A stretch of DNA of 64,000 nt from a virus: the IMG/VR virus record IMGVR_UViG_3300019360_000008, positions 1-64,000 of that record, one strand, 5' to 3'. Positions 28,084-39,193 of the stretch are shown in pieces. The notes under the pieces are model-generated. The model ran no database searches. It had not been told where the DNA came from and was given only the letters and a program-made list of their open reading frames with translations. The first letter of the stretch is position 1. The number at the start of each line of letters is the position of its first letter. A program made the position numbers and the translations under genes.

Positions 28084-28124
28084 TGAACACCACTAACCAT
28101 AATCACAACTAAACAACAACGCTT

Positions 28125-28346
28125 ATGAAAAACTTGAAATCACTCTTCGTCGTTAACCTCGTCGCTTCGGCCATGATCAGCTTCTTGCTGGTCGGCTTCC
28201 TGCTTTACAGATCTCAGCCCAAGACCAGTGAGGTCATTATCGACGTCAAGGCCGAAACCGCCTTCGCCGTCTCGGCCATGATCAGCTTCTTGCTGGTCAG
28301 CTTCCTGCTTCATAAATCTCAGCCCAAGGCCAAACTCAAATCATGA
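28125..28346 (+). CDS. Small membrane protein with an internally duplicated hydrophobic segment
   Basis: Two copies of SAMISFLLV.FLL..SQPK. Confidence 0.55.
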   Translation: MKNLKSLFVVNLVASAMISFLLVGFLLYRSQPKTSEVIIDVKAETAFAVSAMISFLLVSFLLHKSQPKAKLKS

Positions 28347-28545
28347 TCAGCTTCTTGCTGTCAATGCGCCAACCAATAAAGTTATGGAAACCAAAGCCGC
28401 GCCTCGGAGATACGATATGGAATCACTCTTTGTCGTCATCTTCGCCGTCTCGATCATGATCAGCTTCTTGCTGGTCAGCTTCCTGCTTCATAGACCTCAA
28501 CCCAAGGCCAGCGATGTCATCATCGACGGCAAGGCCGAAACCGTC
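28138..28545 (+). repeat. Four copies of CATGATCAGCTTCTTGCTG within longer duplicated units
   Basis: Exact 19-mers at 28172, 28277, 28342 and 28455, most with homologous flanks. Confidence 0.9.
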
Positions 28546-28551
28546 CGATAA
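28384..28551 (+). CDS. Small single-TM protein (55 aa), paralogue of 28125..28346
   Basis: Manual translation METKAAPRRYDMESLFVVIFAVSIMISFLLVSFLLHRPQPKASDVIIDGKAETVR. Confidence 0.55.
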   Translation: METKAAPRRYDMESLFVVIFAVSIMISFLLVSFLLHRPQPKASDVIIDGKAETVR

Positions 28552-28565
28552 TCGTCCGATAACCT

Positions 28566-28814
28566 ATGTCGACCATCCGATCCCTCCAACGCTCCATCCT
28601 GAAGCACAAAGGCAAGCAGGCCGGTATGCCGGCCCGACTTGCCGTCGCCCCGTCCAGCAGGCGGCGTATGTACAAGCTGCGTAAGCTTCAGGCCGATCAG
28701 GCGACGATCCAGGCCGCCAATGCGGCGGCTGTGGCGGCCGATCCTCAACTGGCCACCCTAAGTGATGAGGAGCTCGCCGCGCGTAACTTGGCAGAGGTCG
28801 ATCGCAAAGGTTGA
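28566..28814 (+). CDS. Small basic hypothetical protein
   Basis: 82-aa ORF. Confidence 0.55.
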   Translation: MSTIRSLQRSILKHKGKQAGMPARLAVAPSSRRRMYKLRKLQADQATIQAANAAAVAADPQLATLSDEELAARNLAEVDRKG

Positions 28815-28849
28815 TTGACGAGACAGAGCCGACGGGGCTACCATATCTT

Positions 28850-29701
28850 ATGGCTATACTAAAATGCCCCGTCGGCCTTCGTGGGTTATTCTCCCTGAAG
28901 ACATTGGTCTTCCTCCTGTCTTGTTTCGTCTGCGTCGAGTTCACCCTGCTATCGACGCAGATTTCTACGCCGAAAATACAAACCTCCAGTAAGGTCCTGC
29001 TTGCCGAAAAGCTCTCCCGGGTAAGCGTAACGGTCATTGCCGGAAACCACACAGGTACCGGAATCATTCTGACTCGCCATACCAAGGATGGTAAAAAGTT
29101 GCACTTGGTCCTGACGGCTGCCCACGTGGTCGAGGAATGTCGCATCACCGTCACCCGTGCGAAGATCCCCCAGATCGAGTTCAAGACCGCGATGGTGCGC
29201 GTGGAGGACCGATATGACGGTCGCGTAGTGCGGTGCGCCGATTATCCAGCTGAGATCATTCAGTACAGCAATGCTGAAACCGGTAGAGATCTAGCAGTTT
29301 TGAAGATTCTGGACCCGAACTTCCCGGACGCCAATACAGAGTTTTACGCAGACGGTATCCCTGCTCCCGGTACCGACATATATCACTACGGCAGCATGTT
29401 TGGCCTATCAGGGTCGTTCACGTCTGGTGTGGTGAGTCAAGTCGGCCGTAACCTGGAAGGGCAGCTGTTTGACCAGGTCAACATTGCGGCATATCCAGGA
29501 TCCAGCGGTGGGGGTATTTTCGTCGAAGATGGCAGATGCGTTGGCCTCGTGCTCCTGCTAAGAGCTCCTGCTGTCGTATTTATCGTACCGGCCCGTGAAA
29601 TAGAAATCTGGTCGCTTAAGGCTGGATGCCGATGGCTGACAAACCCGTCAGTCAAAGTTGATACTGACAAACTCTCCAAGTGGCCTGTCGAAAATGACTG
29701 A
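28850..29701 (+). CDS. Trypsin-like serine protease with an N-terminal hydrophobic segment
   Basis: LTAAHVV, DLAVL and PGSSGGG triad motifs; TTGACG-N18-TACCAT promoter at 28815-44 supports ATG 28850. Confidence 0.85.
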   Translation: MAILKCPVGLRGLFSLKTLVFLLSCFVCVEFTLLSTQISTPKIQTSSKVLLAEKLSRVSVTVIAGNHTGTGIILTRHTKDGKKLHLVLTAAHVVEECRITVTRAKIPQIEFKTAMVRVEDRYDGRVVRCADYPAEIIQYSNAETGRDLAVLKILDPNFPDANTEFYADGIPAPGTDIYHYGSMFGLSGSFTSGVVSQVGRNLEGQLFDQVNIAAYPGSSGGGIFVEDGRCVGLVLLLRAPAVVFIVPAREIEIWSLKAGCRWLTNPSVKVDTDKLSKWPVEND

Positions 29702-29750
29702 TCTGCTTTGCAGCTTTAGGGCTGCAAGGAAAACGCAGAGACACCGTCGC

Positions 29751-29787
29751 ATCCGCGCCTCTTCGCTGGGGCGCGGGTTTTGATTTT
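29751..29787 (+). terminator. Intrinsic terminator, preceded by a second hairpin at 29702-29739
   Basis: 11-bp stem ATCCGCGCCTC/GGGGCGCGGGT (two G.U) followed by TTTGATTTT. Confidence 0.7.
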
Positions 29788-29813
29788 AGCACTTCCATCT
29801 TTTTATCTATCAC

Positions 29814-30095
29814 ATGGAAAAGGTCAATGTTTACAGACTTTCGTCCTGCCCGATGATCCACACACCCGGAATATTCAAGTACTGGATTAACGGTTATCGC
29901 ACGACTCCCGAGTTTTCGTTCTGGCATGCAGCTATGGGCTTTCCCATGCTACCCGCCGCGCTGATTGCAGACGTACTGTCAGAACGCTGCCCGTACAAGG
30001 TCGAAGGTGACGTCGTAGTCATCGAATGGTCTAAGCCGATGGGCGAGTTCACAGAATATCACAAGCAGGAGGAGATGGTTGAAAGCGGTGATTAA
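29814..30095 (+). CDS. Hypothetical protein
   Basis: 93-aa ORF. Confidence 0.55.
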   Translation: MEKVNVYRLSSCPMIHTPGIFKYWINGYRTTPEFSFWHAAMGFPMLPAALIADVLSERCPYKVEGDVVVIEWSKPMGEFTEYHKQEEMVESGD

Positions 30096-30468
30096 CGTCA
30101 ACAGGCACGTGATTGCAAAGAACCGGATACTCGCCCAACGGGCAGAGGCCGGGGAGATTGGTCGCGAGCTTGCCGAGGCCGACATGGCCCCTACCCTGTC
30201 AGTCAAAACCTGCAAGTCCAACCGGTACACCAAGCACGTCCTGATCAAGGATCGCACCGGTCGTGTTATCGCCCAGGTGGTCTATCGTCCGTTCAAGCCG
30301 TTGTCCTGCGGGGCCACGGCATGGATCGAAGTGATGGATGCCAGCAACGTGGAGGTCATCAATGTCCGCAAAAGTAACCAATCTAAAAGCCCGCCGCCGA
30401 GCACTCGCCGAGGAACTCGCCGAGGAGCTCGACCTGCACGTGTCAGACGTCAAGTCTGCTCCCTATGA
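30079..30468 (+). CDS. Conserved phage hypothetical protein
   Basis: I.VN.HVI..N...SVKT.KSN.Y...VVY.P.KPLSCGA.AWIE pattern recognised from myophages; start uncertain. Confidence 0.65.
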   Translation: MKAVINVNRHVIAKNRILAQRAEAGEIGRELAEADMAPTLSVKTCKSNRYTKHVLIKDRTGRVIAQVVYRPFKPLSCGATAWIEVMDASNVEVINVRKSNQSKSPPPSTRRGTRRGARPARVRRQVCSL

Positions 30469-30823
30469 CCAGGCACTACTGATTGTCCGGCCGCACAGCG
30501 CGCCCGAAAGGGAGTATCTGGTCTTGACCGAACCGGAGGCTCGTCGTCGCACGACTGAGTACATCAAAGAATCCCTGTGGGCATTCAGGGCTGAGTTTGT
30601 GATCAAGTACACCTGTCTGCCGGCAGACTCCGTTCCGATGGTGCGAGGCTGGCAGGAGACTCAGTGTGAAGGCGCCAACGAAACGCTCCTCAAGCTTGTT
30701 GGACGTAAACTGCACAAACTCATCGATGACGCGGTGGCGGCAGACGGTCGAGGATGTTTCCTTGCCGGCTACGATCACGAAGAGTTGCGCCGGGGTCCCT
30801 GGTACATCTATCGCACACACTGA
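30362..30823 (+). CDS. Conserved phage hypothetical protein
   Basis: EYLVLT..EA..YIKESLWAF..AVAADGRG.FLAGYD.EE. Confidence 0.65.
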   Translation: MSAKVTNLKARRRALAEELAEELDLHVSDVKSAPYDQALLIVRPHSAPEREYLVLTEPEARRRTTEYIKESLWAFRAEFVIKYTCLPADSVPMVRGWQETQCEGANETLLKLVGRKLHKLIDDAVAADGRGCFLAGYDHEELRRGPWYIYRTH

Positions 30824-30897
30824 GTTTATGGCCGGCATTGCAAGTCTGCCTACGTGGCCCGCAAGGCTGAGGAACTCAAATCAAAAAGCGCATAATC

Positions 30898-31584
30898 ATG
30901 CCGATAATCAAAACCGATTCGTGCTACTACGACGGTCCGTTCAAGCGGACGGTGAGGTTCGCCAAGAAGGACGGCTTCACATGTGAACTTCCGCCCGCGG
31001 CCTGGGCGGTCGTCGGTACACAGAAAGCCGTCAGTAACACGCTCGACGGCTGTCTCAGGGAGTTTGAGCGCCTGGTCAAAGCCTGGCGGTCGGCATCCTC
31101 CACAACTCGCGAGGTCCTGGTGTACCAGGTTCATCGAAAGGCCCATATCTGCGAGTCGGGTAAGAACACGGACGATGCCTTGCGCAAGTACATCTTCCGG
31201 GCGGACGACCTGGGCTTTGAAGAAGGTATGGGGCTGACCGTCTGTGCCGGGGTGTTCGTGGAAACGAAGATCCAGCTAGGCGGTGACGTGCGTTACGAGT
31301 ACAAGCTCATCAACGGTCGCCTACCTCTAAGCATTGAGCATGGGGCCGGCGGACATCACGGGCTGATCTCGGGGTGCGGGAAGTATCAGCAGGGAGCGAT
31401 GCTAACAACCCCGGAGCTGGAGGCGTTCTTCACCGGTATCGCCCTCGGGCTGGAGAAGCTGATCCTGATGTTCGACCAACTCAGGGATGAGAAGAAGCTT
31501 CTGACGTTCGCGGCCGAAGGTCTCAAACTTTTGGCGCCACCGTCAGAACCCGTTATCGAGAAAACGCTCCCGGAAGGTTCATGA
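30898..31584 (+). CDS. Hypothetical protein
   Basis: 228-aa ORF; 3' overlap with the convergent terminase. Confidence 0.6.
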   Translation: MPIIKTDSCYYDGPFKRTVRFAKKDGFTCELPPAAWAVVGTQKAVSNTLDGCLREFERLVKAWRSASSTTREVLVYQVHRKAHICESGKNTDDALRKYIFRADDLGFEEGMGLTVCAGVFVETKIQLGGDVRYEYKLINGRLPLSIEHGAGGHHGLISGCGKYQQGAMLTTPELEAFFTGIALGLEKLILMFDQLRDEKKLLTFAAEGLKLLAPPSEPVIEKTLPEGS

Positions 31585-34500
31585 TGAGATCAATCGCTGT
31601 GCCCTTGAGGGTCTGCTCAAGGCGCAGCCGAATAGAATCGTCAGCAATCAGCGGTTCACCAAGCAAGAGTCGACCCAACACGTAGGCATAATTTGCCGCC
31701 TGAATGGTGTCACTCGGCTTGGTGGCCGAGGGGAGGTAGCGCATGGTGGTAACGCCACCGGGAGATTCGCACGGAGCGCGGAACACGTTCAGGAAGTCCA
31801 ACAGGAGTGGCTGGGCCTGATCCCACTTGTAACAGCGGATACGCTTACGCTTGATGGCATTGTACAAGTCTGTGATTGACTCCGTCTTGTTGAGCTGCCA
31901 CTCGTTGATCGTGTGGGGACTGTCCGACTCGCCGAAGTACACGGCGGTCGGTCCCATGTACCGGATCATCAGGTGGCGCTCTGCGGGCAGGAGTTTGCGG
32001 ATGGCCGAGTTGTAGGCCATGCCGACACCGACGTCAGTGGCGATGGCGAACCCGCCAAGCGCCAAGTGGTTCATGCAGATGTCGGCCGAGATCGAATCAT
32101 AGTCCATACCGTCATAGCGACGCATGTGGATGATGTCAAACTCGTGTGTGCCGGCCCGAATACCCATTGCGACGTGGACCGTCGTGGAAATGCGTAACTT
32201 GTGCTCGATTGAAGGATCGGTACCGCCCCAGTCACAACCGCTGACCACATACTCATAGCCTCGGTCCCGGGCACGCTTCTGCAGCGCCTCTTGCTCGCCC
32301 AGTATACACATATCCTCCAGGTGCTTGCGCGTGATTTCTCTCGCGCCCTCATCGGTCGGAAGACCGAGCAGCTCTTGGTAGAACTTCCGGATGTTTTGCG
32401 TCGTTTTGAGCAGCCGGACGATGGATTCCCATCGAGCTTTGTTGTTCACGACGGCCGGAACGATGATCTGGGGGATGTGGAAGCCGATTTGCTTTTGCTC
32501 CAGAAGCTCGGGCTTGGCGTGGATGAACTGACCCGTGTAGACGTTGAGCAGCTTGCCGCACTTGTAGCATGACGGCCCCTGGGGCTTGATCATGTCGAGC
32601 ACGTTGTACTCCGGCAACGGGATGTTCCACGTGCCGCAGCCGCAGCGGATCGACCAGTACCCCTGACTCGATTGAGCAAACTTATTCTCCAGCGCGGTCT
32701 CAGTCGTCAGGCTGGTGCCCGAGTATATCGTGACCGGGTTCTGCGAAGCCGATTGACACTGCTGAACTTCAGTCTCCAGGTCGATGTCGAAGTCCTGAAA
32801 CTCGTCGTAGAGCAGCTCGTCGGTGGACTTGCCACGCGCCGGACCCGCCTCGGACAAGATGTGCAGGAGTTCGATCTGCGACCGGTTTGGGAATTCCTTG
32901 TACCGCAGGTTGAGGCGGAACCTGTGGTCGGGACGATACAGCGTGCAGGCCCGTTCGGTCTCGCGCAGCTTGTTAGCGTACGTGGCGAGCTGCTGTCCGC
33001 GCGGCGTAATGTAGAGACTCTTGAGCCCCGGTATGAAGTGGGCGTTAAGAACCTGCCGCACTGATATTGCGGTAGAGTTGTGGGCTACTACACCGTTCAG
33101 CACATAGTTGTGATGCTGCTCGATCTCGATGTCCCACGTATCTTCTTCCCCTAATGGCTCAATGTGTTTAATGCTGGCCCACGTGACGTCTGCGACGTTT
33201 AACCAGTGATGAAGATCGGCAACGGCTGGACAATCGGGGACATACTTCCGGCCGTGCTCCAGATACCGTTCCAGCTTTTCACGATTCGGACAATAGTTAC
33301 GTTGCAGTGTAAGTCCGTTAGGTTTGAACGCGCCCCCCTTGATCTTCTGACACGCGCTGCGCAGTTGATTTAGAACTCTAAAGATGCCGCTAGGTAGTAC
33401 ATCGTCATTATTGTTTGACGTGGTGTCGGCAATCCTAAGCGAGCCGGTTGGTTTACCGGGGATGTCGTTGAAAAGCGCGATGAACTTGCCCCATGCCGGG
33501 CGGCCTTTGATCCTTACGCGGTAGTACTTGCGGCATTTAACACGACGTCCGTCTTTCTTACGGTACCCCCCAACGCCGACCGTAATCGTGGCTTCTATGC
33601 CAAACTTCAGCAAGAGAGCGTTTATTCCATCGGCCAGTTTACGTGATGTCGTCGAGTAGGAAATATCAAAATGACCCCCATGTTGCTTTACCGTTCCGTC
33701 CGTAGCCCACAGGCGAGAAAGGAACAATCGCGCGGATTCCGCTGGAAGTTCGAAAACCCAGGAGGGAATAAACTTTTCCCAAGCACGATGCTTCCAGAGT
33801 GCATCAGCCTTTAGCCAGTTCACCATCTCGTTACGTCTACTGAAATTGACGTCTATCGCGATGCTCTTCGGACAGTCAGATAATCTAATAGGTGTAGTCT
33901 TAAGGCACTGCAGCAACCCTGCGAACTCCGCAATGGCTTGAGGATCTGCCGACGTAAAAGAGTTGTTACCTGAACAGCCGCAGCAACCGTCACCTAGCAT
34001 GTAGGCGGTAAGTATGATACGGGCCTCTTGCTCGGCTCGATCGCCAAAATTCCCGCCCCGTCGCAGCACCGCCACCCGGTCGCCTTTTTTAAGGGATTGC
34101 GCTTGCACCCAGCCGTCGAATCCCCTGAGTGGATGTTCGGAACCGAGCAAGAGACTAAGTCCTGATCGCAAGGTAATTCGATAGACCTGCTTGCGGCCCG
34201 TGCGATACTTACCTATGACTTTTGCCGAGGCAGTTCGGCACTGTTCATCCACGCACAGAACCTCTGTTCCAACTTTAATGTCTTTTGGATACAAGGGTTG
34301 ACCGTTTTTGGCGTATATCGGATTCAGATCATTTACACTTACGCATTTCGCGATCTGACGTGACCCGCGCAATACCGTGAACCCGCCGATTTGAAAGTTC
34401 AGCATCGACCACACGAACGGGTAGTCGAGGAAGCTTAACTGCTTGCCTTGTGGAAACTTGGGGAAGTAGTGACCAACCATGAAGAATAGGTTGTGACCAC

Positions 34501-34660
34501 AGTGCTTCCAAATCTCGAAAAGAAGCTGGTTGGCCTCCTCTTTGGATTTAGAGCTGGTACTCGACTTAGACTGCGCTGCTGAGAATGCATTGACAAGCGT
34601 TTCCAAGCGGGACTTGAATTCACCATCGGTGCGTGCTCTAGTGTATAGGTCGAAGTACAT
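31553..34660 (-). CDS. terL: Terminase large subunit (lambda GpA-like), intein-containing
   Basis: Walker A GSRQIAK|ST split by the intein; Walker B LLYDEFQD; coupling motif SGT; Cys cluster CGCG..CYKCG; nuclease motif GCDWGG. Confidence 0.88.
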   Translation of the reverse strand: MYFDLYTRARTDGEFKSRLETLVNAFSAAQSKSSTSSKSKEEANQLLFEIWKHCGHNLFFMVGHYFPKFPQGKQLSFLDYPFVWSMLNFQIGGFTVLRGSRQIAKCVSVNDLNPIYAKNGQPLYPKDIKVGTEVLCVDEQCRTASAKVIGKYRTGRKQVYRITLRSGLSLLLGSEHPLRGFDGWVQAQSLKKGDRVAVLRRGGNFGDRAEQEARIILTAYMLGDGCCGCSGNNSFTSADPQAIAEFAGLLQCLKTTPIRLSDCPKSIAIDVNFSRRNEMVNWLKADALWKHRAWEKFIPSWVFELPAESARLFLSRLWATDGTVKQHGGHFDISYSTTSRKLADGINALLLKFGIEATITVGVGGYRKKDGRRVKCRKYYRVRIKGRPAWGKFIALFNDIPGKPTGSLRIADTTSNNNDDVLPSGIFRVLNQLRSACQKIKGGAFKPNGLTLQRNYCPNREKLERYLEHGRKYVPDCPAVADLHHWLNVADVTWASIKHIEPLGEEDTWDIEIEQHHNYVLNGVVAHNSTAISVRQVLNAHFIPGLKSLYITPRGQQLATYANKLRETERACTLYRPDHRFRLNLRYKEFPNRSQIELLHILSEAGPARGKSTDELLYDEFQDFDIDLETEVQQCQSASQNPVTIYSGTSLTTETALENKFAQSSQGYWSIRCGCGTWNIPLPEYNVLDMIKPQGPSCYKCGKLLNVYTGQFIHAKPELLEQKQIGFHIPQIIVPAVVNNKARWESIVRLLKTTQNIRKFYQELLGLPTDEGAREITRKHLEDMCILGEQEALQKRARDRGYEYVVSGCDWGGTDPSIEHKLRISTTVHVAMGIRAGTHEFDIIHMRRYDGMDYDSISADICMNHLALGGFAIATDVGVGMAYNSAIRKLLPAERHLMIRYMGPTAVYFGESDSPHTINEWQLNKTESITDLYNAIKRKRIRCYKWDQAQPLLLDFLNVFRAPCESPGGVTTMRYLPSATKPSDTIQAANYAYVLGRLLLGEPLIADDSIRLRLEQTLKGTAIDLIMNLPGAFSR
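33077..34345 (-). mobile_element. Intein (423 aa) with a LAGLIDADG homing endonuclease
   Basis: Starts C(VSVND), block B GSEHPL, LAGLIDADG motifs LTAYMLGDG and FLSRLWATDG, ends TWDIEIEQHHNYVLNGVVAHN followed by Ser+1. Confidence 0.93.
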
Positions 34661-34701
34661 TGCTTCGTTGAAAACAATACCGTAAACTGGGATATGGTCA
34701 A
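34660..34701. promoter_or_regulatory. Overlapping divergent promoters: (+) TTGCTT-N17-TAAACT and (-) TTGACC-N16-TATTGT
   Basis: Motifs at 34660-88 (+) and 34701-34674 (-). Confidence 0.55.
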
Positions 34702-34825
34702 CAAGTCTCCAAAAAATGTCCTAAAGGGAAAGCCTGCAACGGCTTTCCCGAAGGCCCGCGCCAGCGCCGTCAAAATGGTGCCCGTAAAGAAGTCTGTGAC
34801 GACCAATGGAACCAAACCCGAATAA
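34694..34825 (+). CDS. Lys-rich microprotein (43 aa)
   Basis: MVNKSPKNVLKGKPATAFPKARASAVKMVPVKKSVTTNGTKPE; ATG 5 nt after a TAAACT box; overlaps the next gene. Confidence 0.5.
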   Translation: MVNKSPKNVLKGKPATAFPKARASAVKMVPVKKSVTTNGTKPE

Positions 34826-35315
34826 AATCGAAGATGCCCTGGAGGCGACACAGCCTGAGCAGTTTGAGACTCAGCACCCTGAACGCGAAGACGGCTCTCC
34901 AGACGTCAATAAGGTTGACTACAATCAGTCTCAGACTTGGGTCCGCGTACCGGGTCCCAAGCATGTTACTGATCTTCCCAAGCCTGGCGACATCCGCATC
35001 GAATGGAACGTGATGATAACCAGCAGTGAAGGCGTAATCCACGTCTCGGAGGACGCGGTCAACAAGCGTGCTATCGACGGACCCAATCACGCCAAGACCG
35101 TCGCCCTATCGATCCAGAAGGTCCTGGAAGGAAGCTTCTACGAACCCATGCTGGCCGACGTACAGGCTTACGGTGCTCGCCGGCTGGACGCCATCGCCAC
35201 ACGGACCCAAACGCTTCGTGAGGCGGCTCCCGTTGCCCAATTGCCTGATTTCGGACCTGCGTCGTATGAGCAGCCGCTTATGCCCGCTCCGCCGAACCCT
35301 TCGGCTAAAATTTAA
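34806..35315 (+). CDS. Hypothetical protein
   Basis: 169-aa ORF. Confidence 0.6.
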   Translation: MEPNPNKIEDALEATQPEQFETQHPEREDGSPDVNKVDYNQSQTWVRVPGPKHVTDLPKPGDIRIEWNVMITSSEGVIHVSEDAVNKRAIDGPNHAKTVALSIQKVLEGSFYEPMLADVQAYGARRLDAIATRTQTLREAAPVAQLPDFGPASYEQPLMPAPPNPSAKI

Positions 35316-35327
35316 CTAACAGCCTAA

Positions 35328-35633
35328 ATGCCAAATCGTAAAGGCCCGCTTACCGGCCATATCTACCGCTTTGTCTTCGGTTCCGAATCATCCGCAGTCA
35401 ATGTCATGTGTGAAGTCCACGTTCCCGGACCTATCGACATGCAAAAGGCTGTTGTTGTCGCCAAAAAGACTTTGAAAGCTAACATCGGAAAGAATGGTAT
35501 CGACTTTGATTGCCTGAACCGCGTACACGCCGGTACGGGTCTGACTATCGTGGGCAGTGGACGCATTTACGCCTATGAATGGCTGGTTGACATAGACGAC
35601 ATCGTCGAAGTGCGTCCCGCCAAAGTCACATAA
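35328..35633 (+). CDS. Small hypothetical protein, paralogue of 35722..35985
   Basis: Shared MP.RK...G..YRF.FGS..SAV.VMC.V.VPGP....KAV..A.K.LK. Confidence 0.7.
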   Translation: MPNRKGPLTGHIYRFVFGSESSAVNVMCEVHVPGPIDMQKAVVVAKKTLKANIGKNGIDFDCLNRVHAGTGLTIVGSGRIYAYEWLVDIDDIVEVRPAKVT

Positions 35634-35721
35634 TGGTCGAAATTACGCTTCTCGATGACCGAATTTACTCTCTTCACTGATGGCTCCGCAGAACCCCTCG
35701 GCCAAGCTCTAATCATTCCCC

Positions 35722-35985
35722 ATGCCAAAACGTAAAAGCCAGACCGCTGGCTATAGCTACCGCTTTGACTTCGGTTCCGTAACGTCTGCAGTTGACGTCA
35801 TGTGCAGTGTCACCGTTCCCGGGCCTGTCAACAAGGCCAAGGCGGTTGACAAGGCCAGGAAGGTTCTGAAAGAAAAGCTCGGCGAAGACGGTTGCGACTT
35901 TGATCGCCTCGAAGAAGGTCGCGTCTACATCCACCCGACACGGGTTACTGAAGACAACATCGTCGACGTGTACCCCGCCTACTGA
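35722..35985 (+). CDS. Small hypothetical protein, paralogue of 35328..35633
   Basis: Pairwise similarity visible by eye. Confidence 0.7.
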   Translation: MPKRKSQTAGYSYRFDFGSVTSAVDVMCSVTVPGPVNKAKAVDKARKVLKEKLGEDGCDFDRLEEGRVYIHPTRVTEDNIVDVYPAY

Positions 35986-36003
35986 CCGAAATTCCACCAC
36001 TCG

Positions 36004-38434
<2,431 letters not shown>

Positions 38435-38435
<1 letters not shown>

Positions 38436-38773
38436 TGGATGCTAGAAAGAAAGCCATCCTGGCGGAAAAGTTCATTGCGTACGCACCTGTGTGCCCTGTG
38501 GTATGTGGGTACGTACAATTCTCCAAACTGCGGAAGGGATTTGCTCCGGGCACCCTGAAGGAGATCTTCAGATGTGCCCAGTCGGCATCGTATCTATCCA
38601 CCATCACGGAAGCCTACTGCACACTTGAGGACTTCATTGAGGAGGTCGCCAGGTGGAAGGATGTTACGATGTTCGGTGAGACCGCAACGGTCTTGGTGGA
38701 AACCCTGATCGAACTGCTCAAGAAATGTAAATATGAGGTCATCATCTTCGACGACTCAACGAAAACCTCGTAA
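38435..38773 (+). CDS. Hypothetical protein
   Basis: 112-aa ORF, TAATG-coupled. Confidence 0.55.
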
Positions 38774-39179
38774 TCGAAGGGCGCTTAAACACGTAGTGCT
38801 GTCGGGCGAATGCGTTATCACCCAAAGCTCTAATGACGTTGTCTGTATTAGGCTTCGCGACAACAGATCTCGCTGCCAGGCCGTGGAGGTACGCTTATCG
38901 TATTCTAACTTTGCCAGTGCGCTTATGCGCATACCGGCACCGTGTAGGTTTGAGTGGCACCCCGAGAACATAGGCAAGAAGCGTGAAATCAAAACCGAAA
39001 TTGTCCCGTTCACCCTAACTTACGATTCGGAAAATCAAAACCGAGAGAGGGCCAAGGCCGCCCTAAAACCTTTCGAGAAGGACTGGTGGGTGGGACACCC
39101 TGAAGATCTCTTAAGTCATCGCAATCGCGTAAAGGGTGAAGTGGAAGCCTATCAGGTCAGCTTCATCCGCTACGTTTAA
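38733..39179 (+). CDS. Hypothetical protein
   Basis: 148-aa ORF in operon. Confidence 0.55.
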   Translation: MRSSSSTTQRKPRNRRALKHVVLSGECVITQSSNDVVCIRLRDNRSRCQAVEVRLSYSNFASALMRIPAPCRFEWHPENIGKKREIKTEIVPFTLTYDSENQNRERAKAALKPFEKDWWVGHPEDLLSHRNRVKGEVEAYQVSFIRYV

Positions 39180-39193
39180 CACTCAGTACCAAA

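Noticed and set aside
28172-28473. Four identical 19-mers as a CRISPR array
   Set aside because: Spacing is irregular (105, 65, 113 nt) and the intervening sequences are largely homologous coding duplicates, not unique spacers
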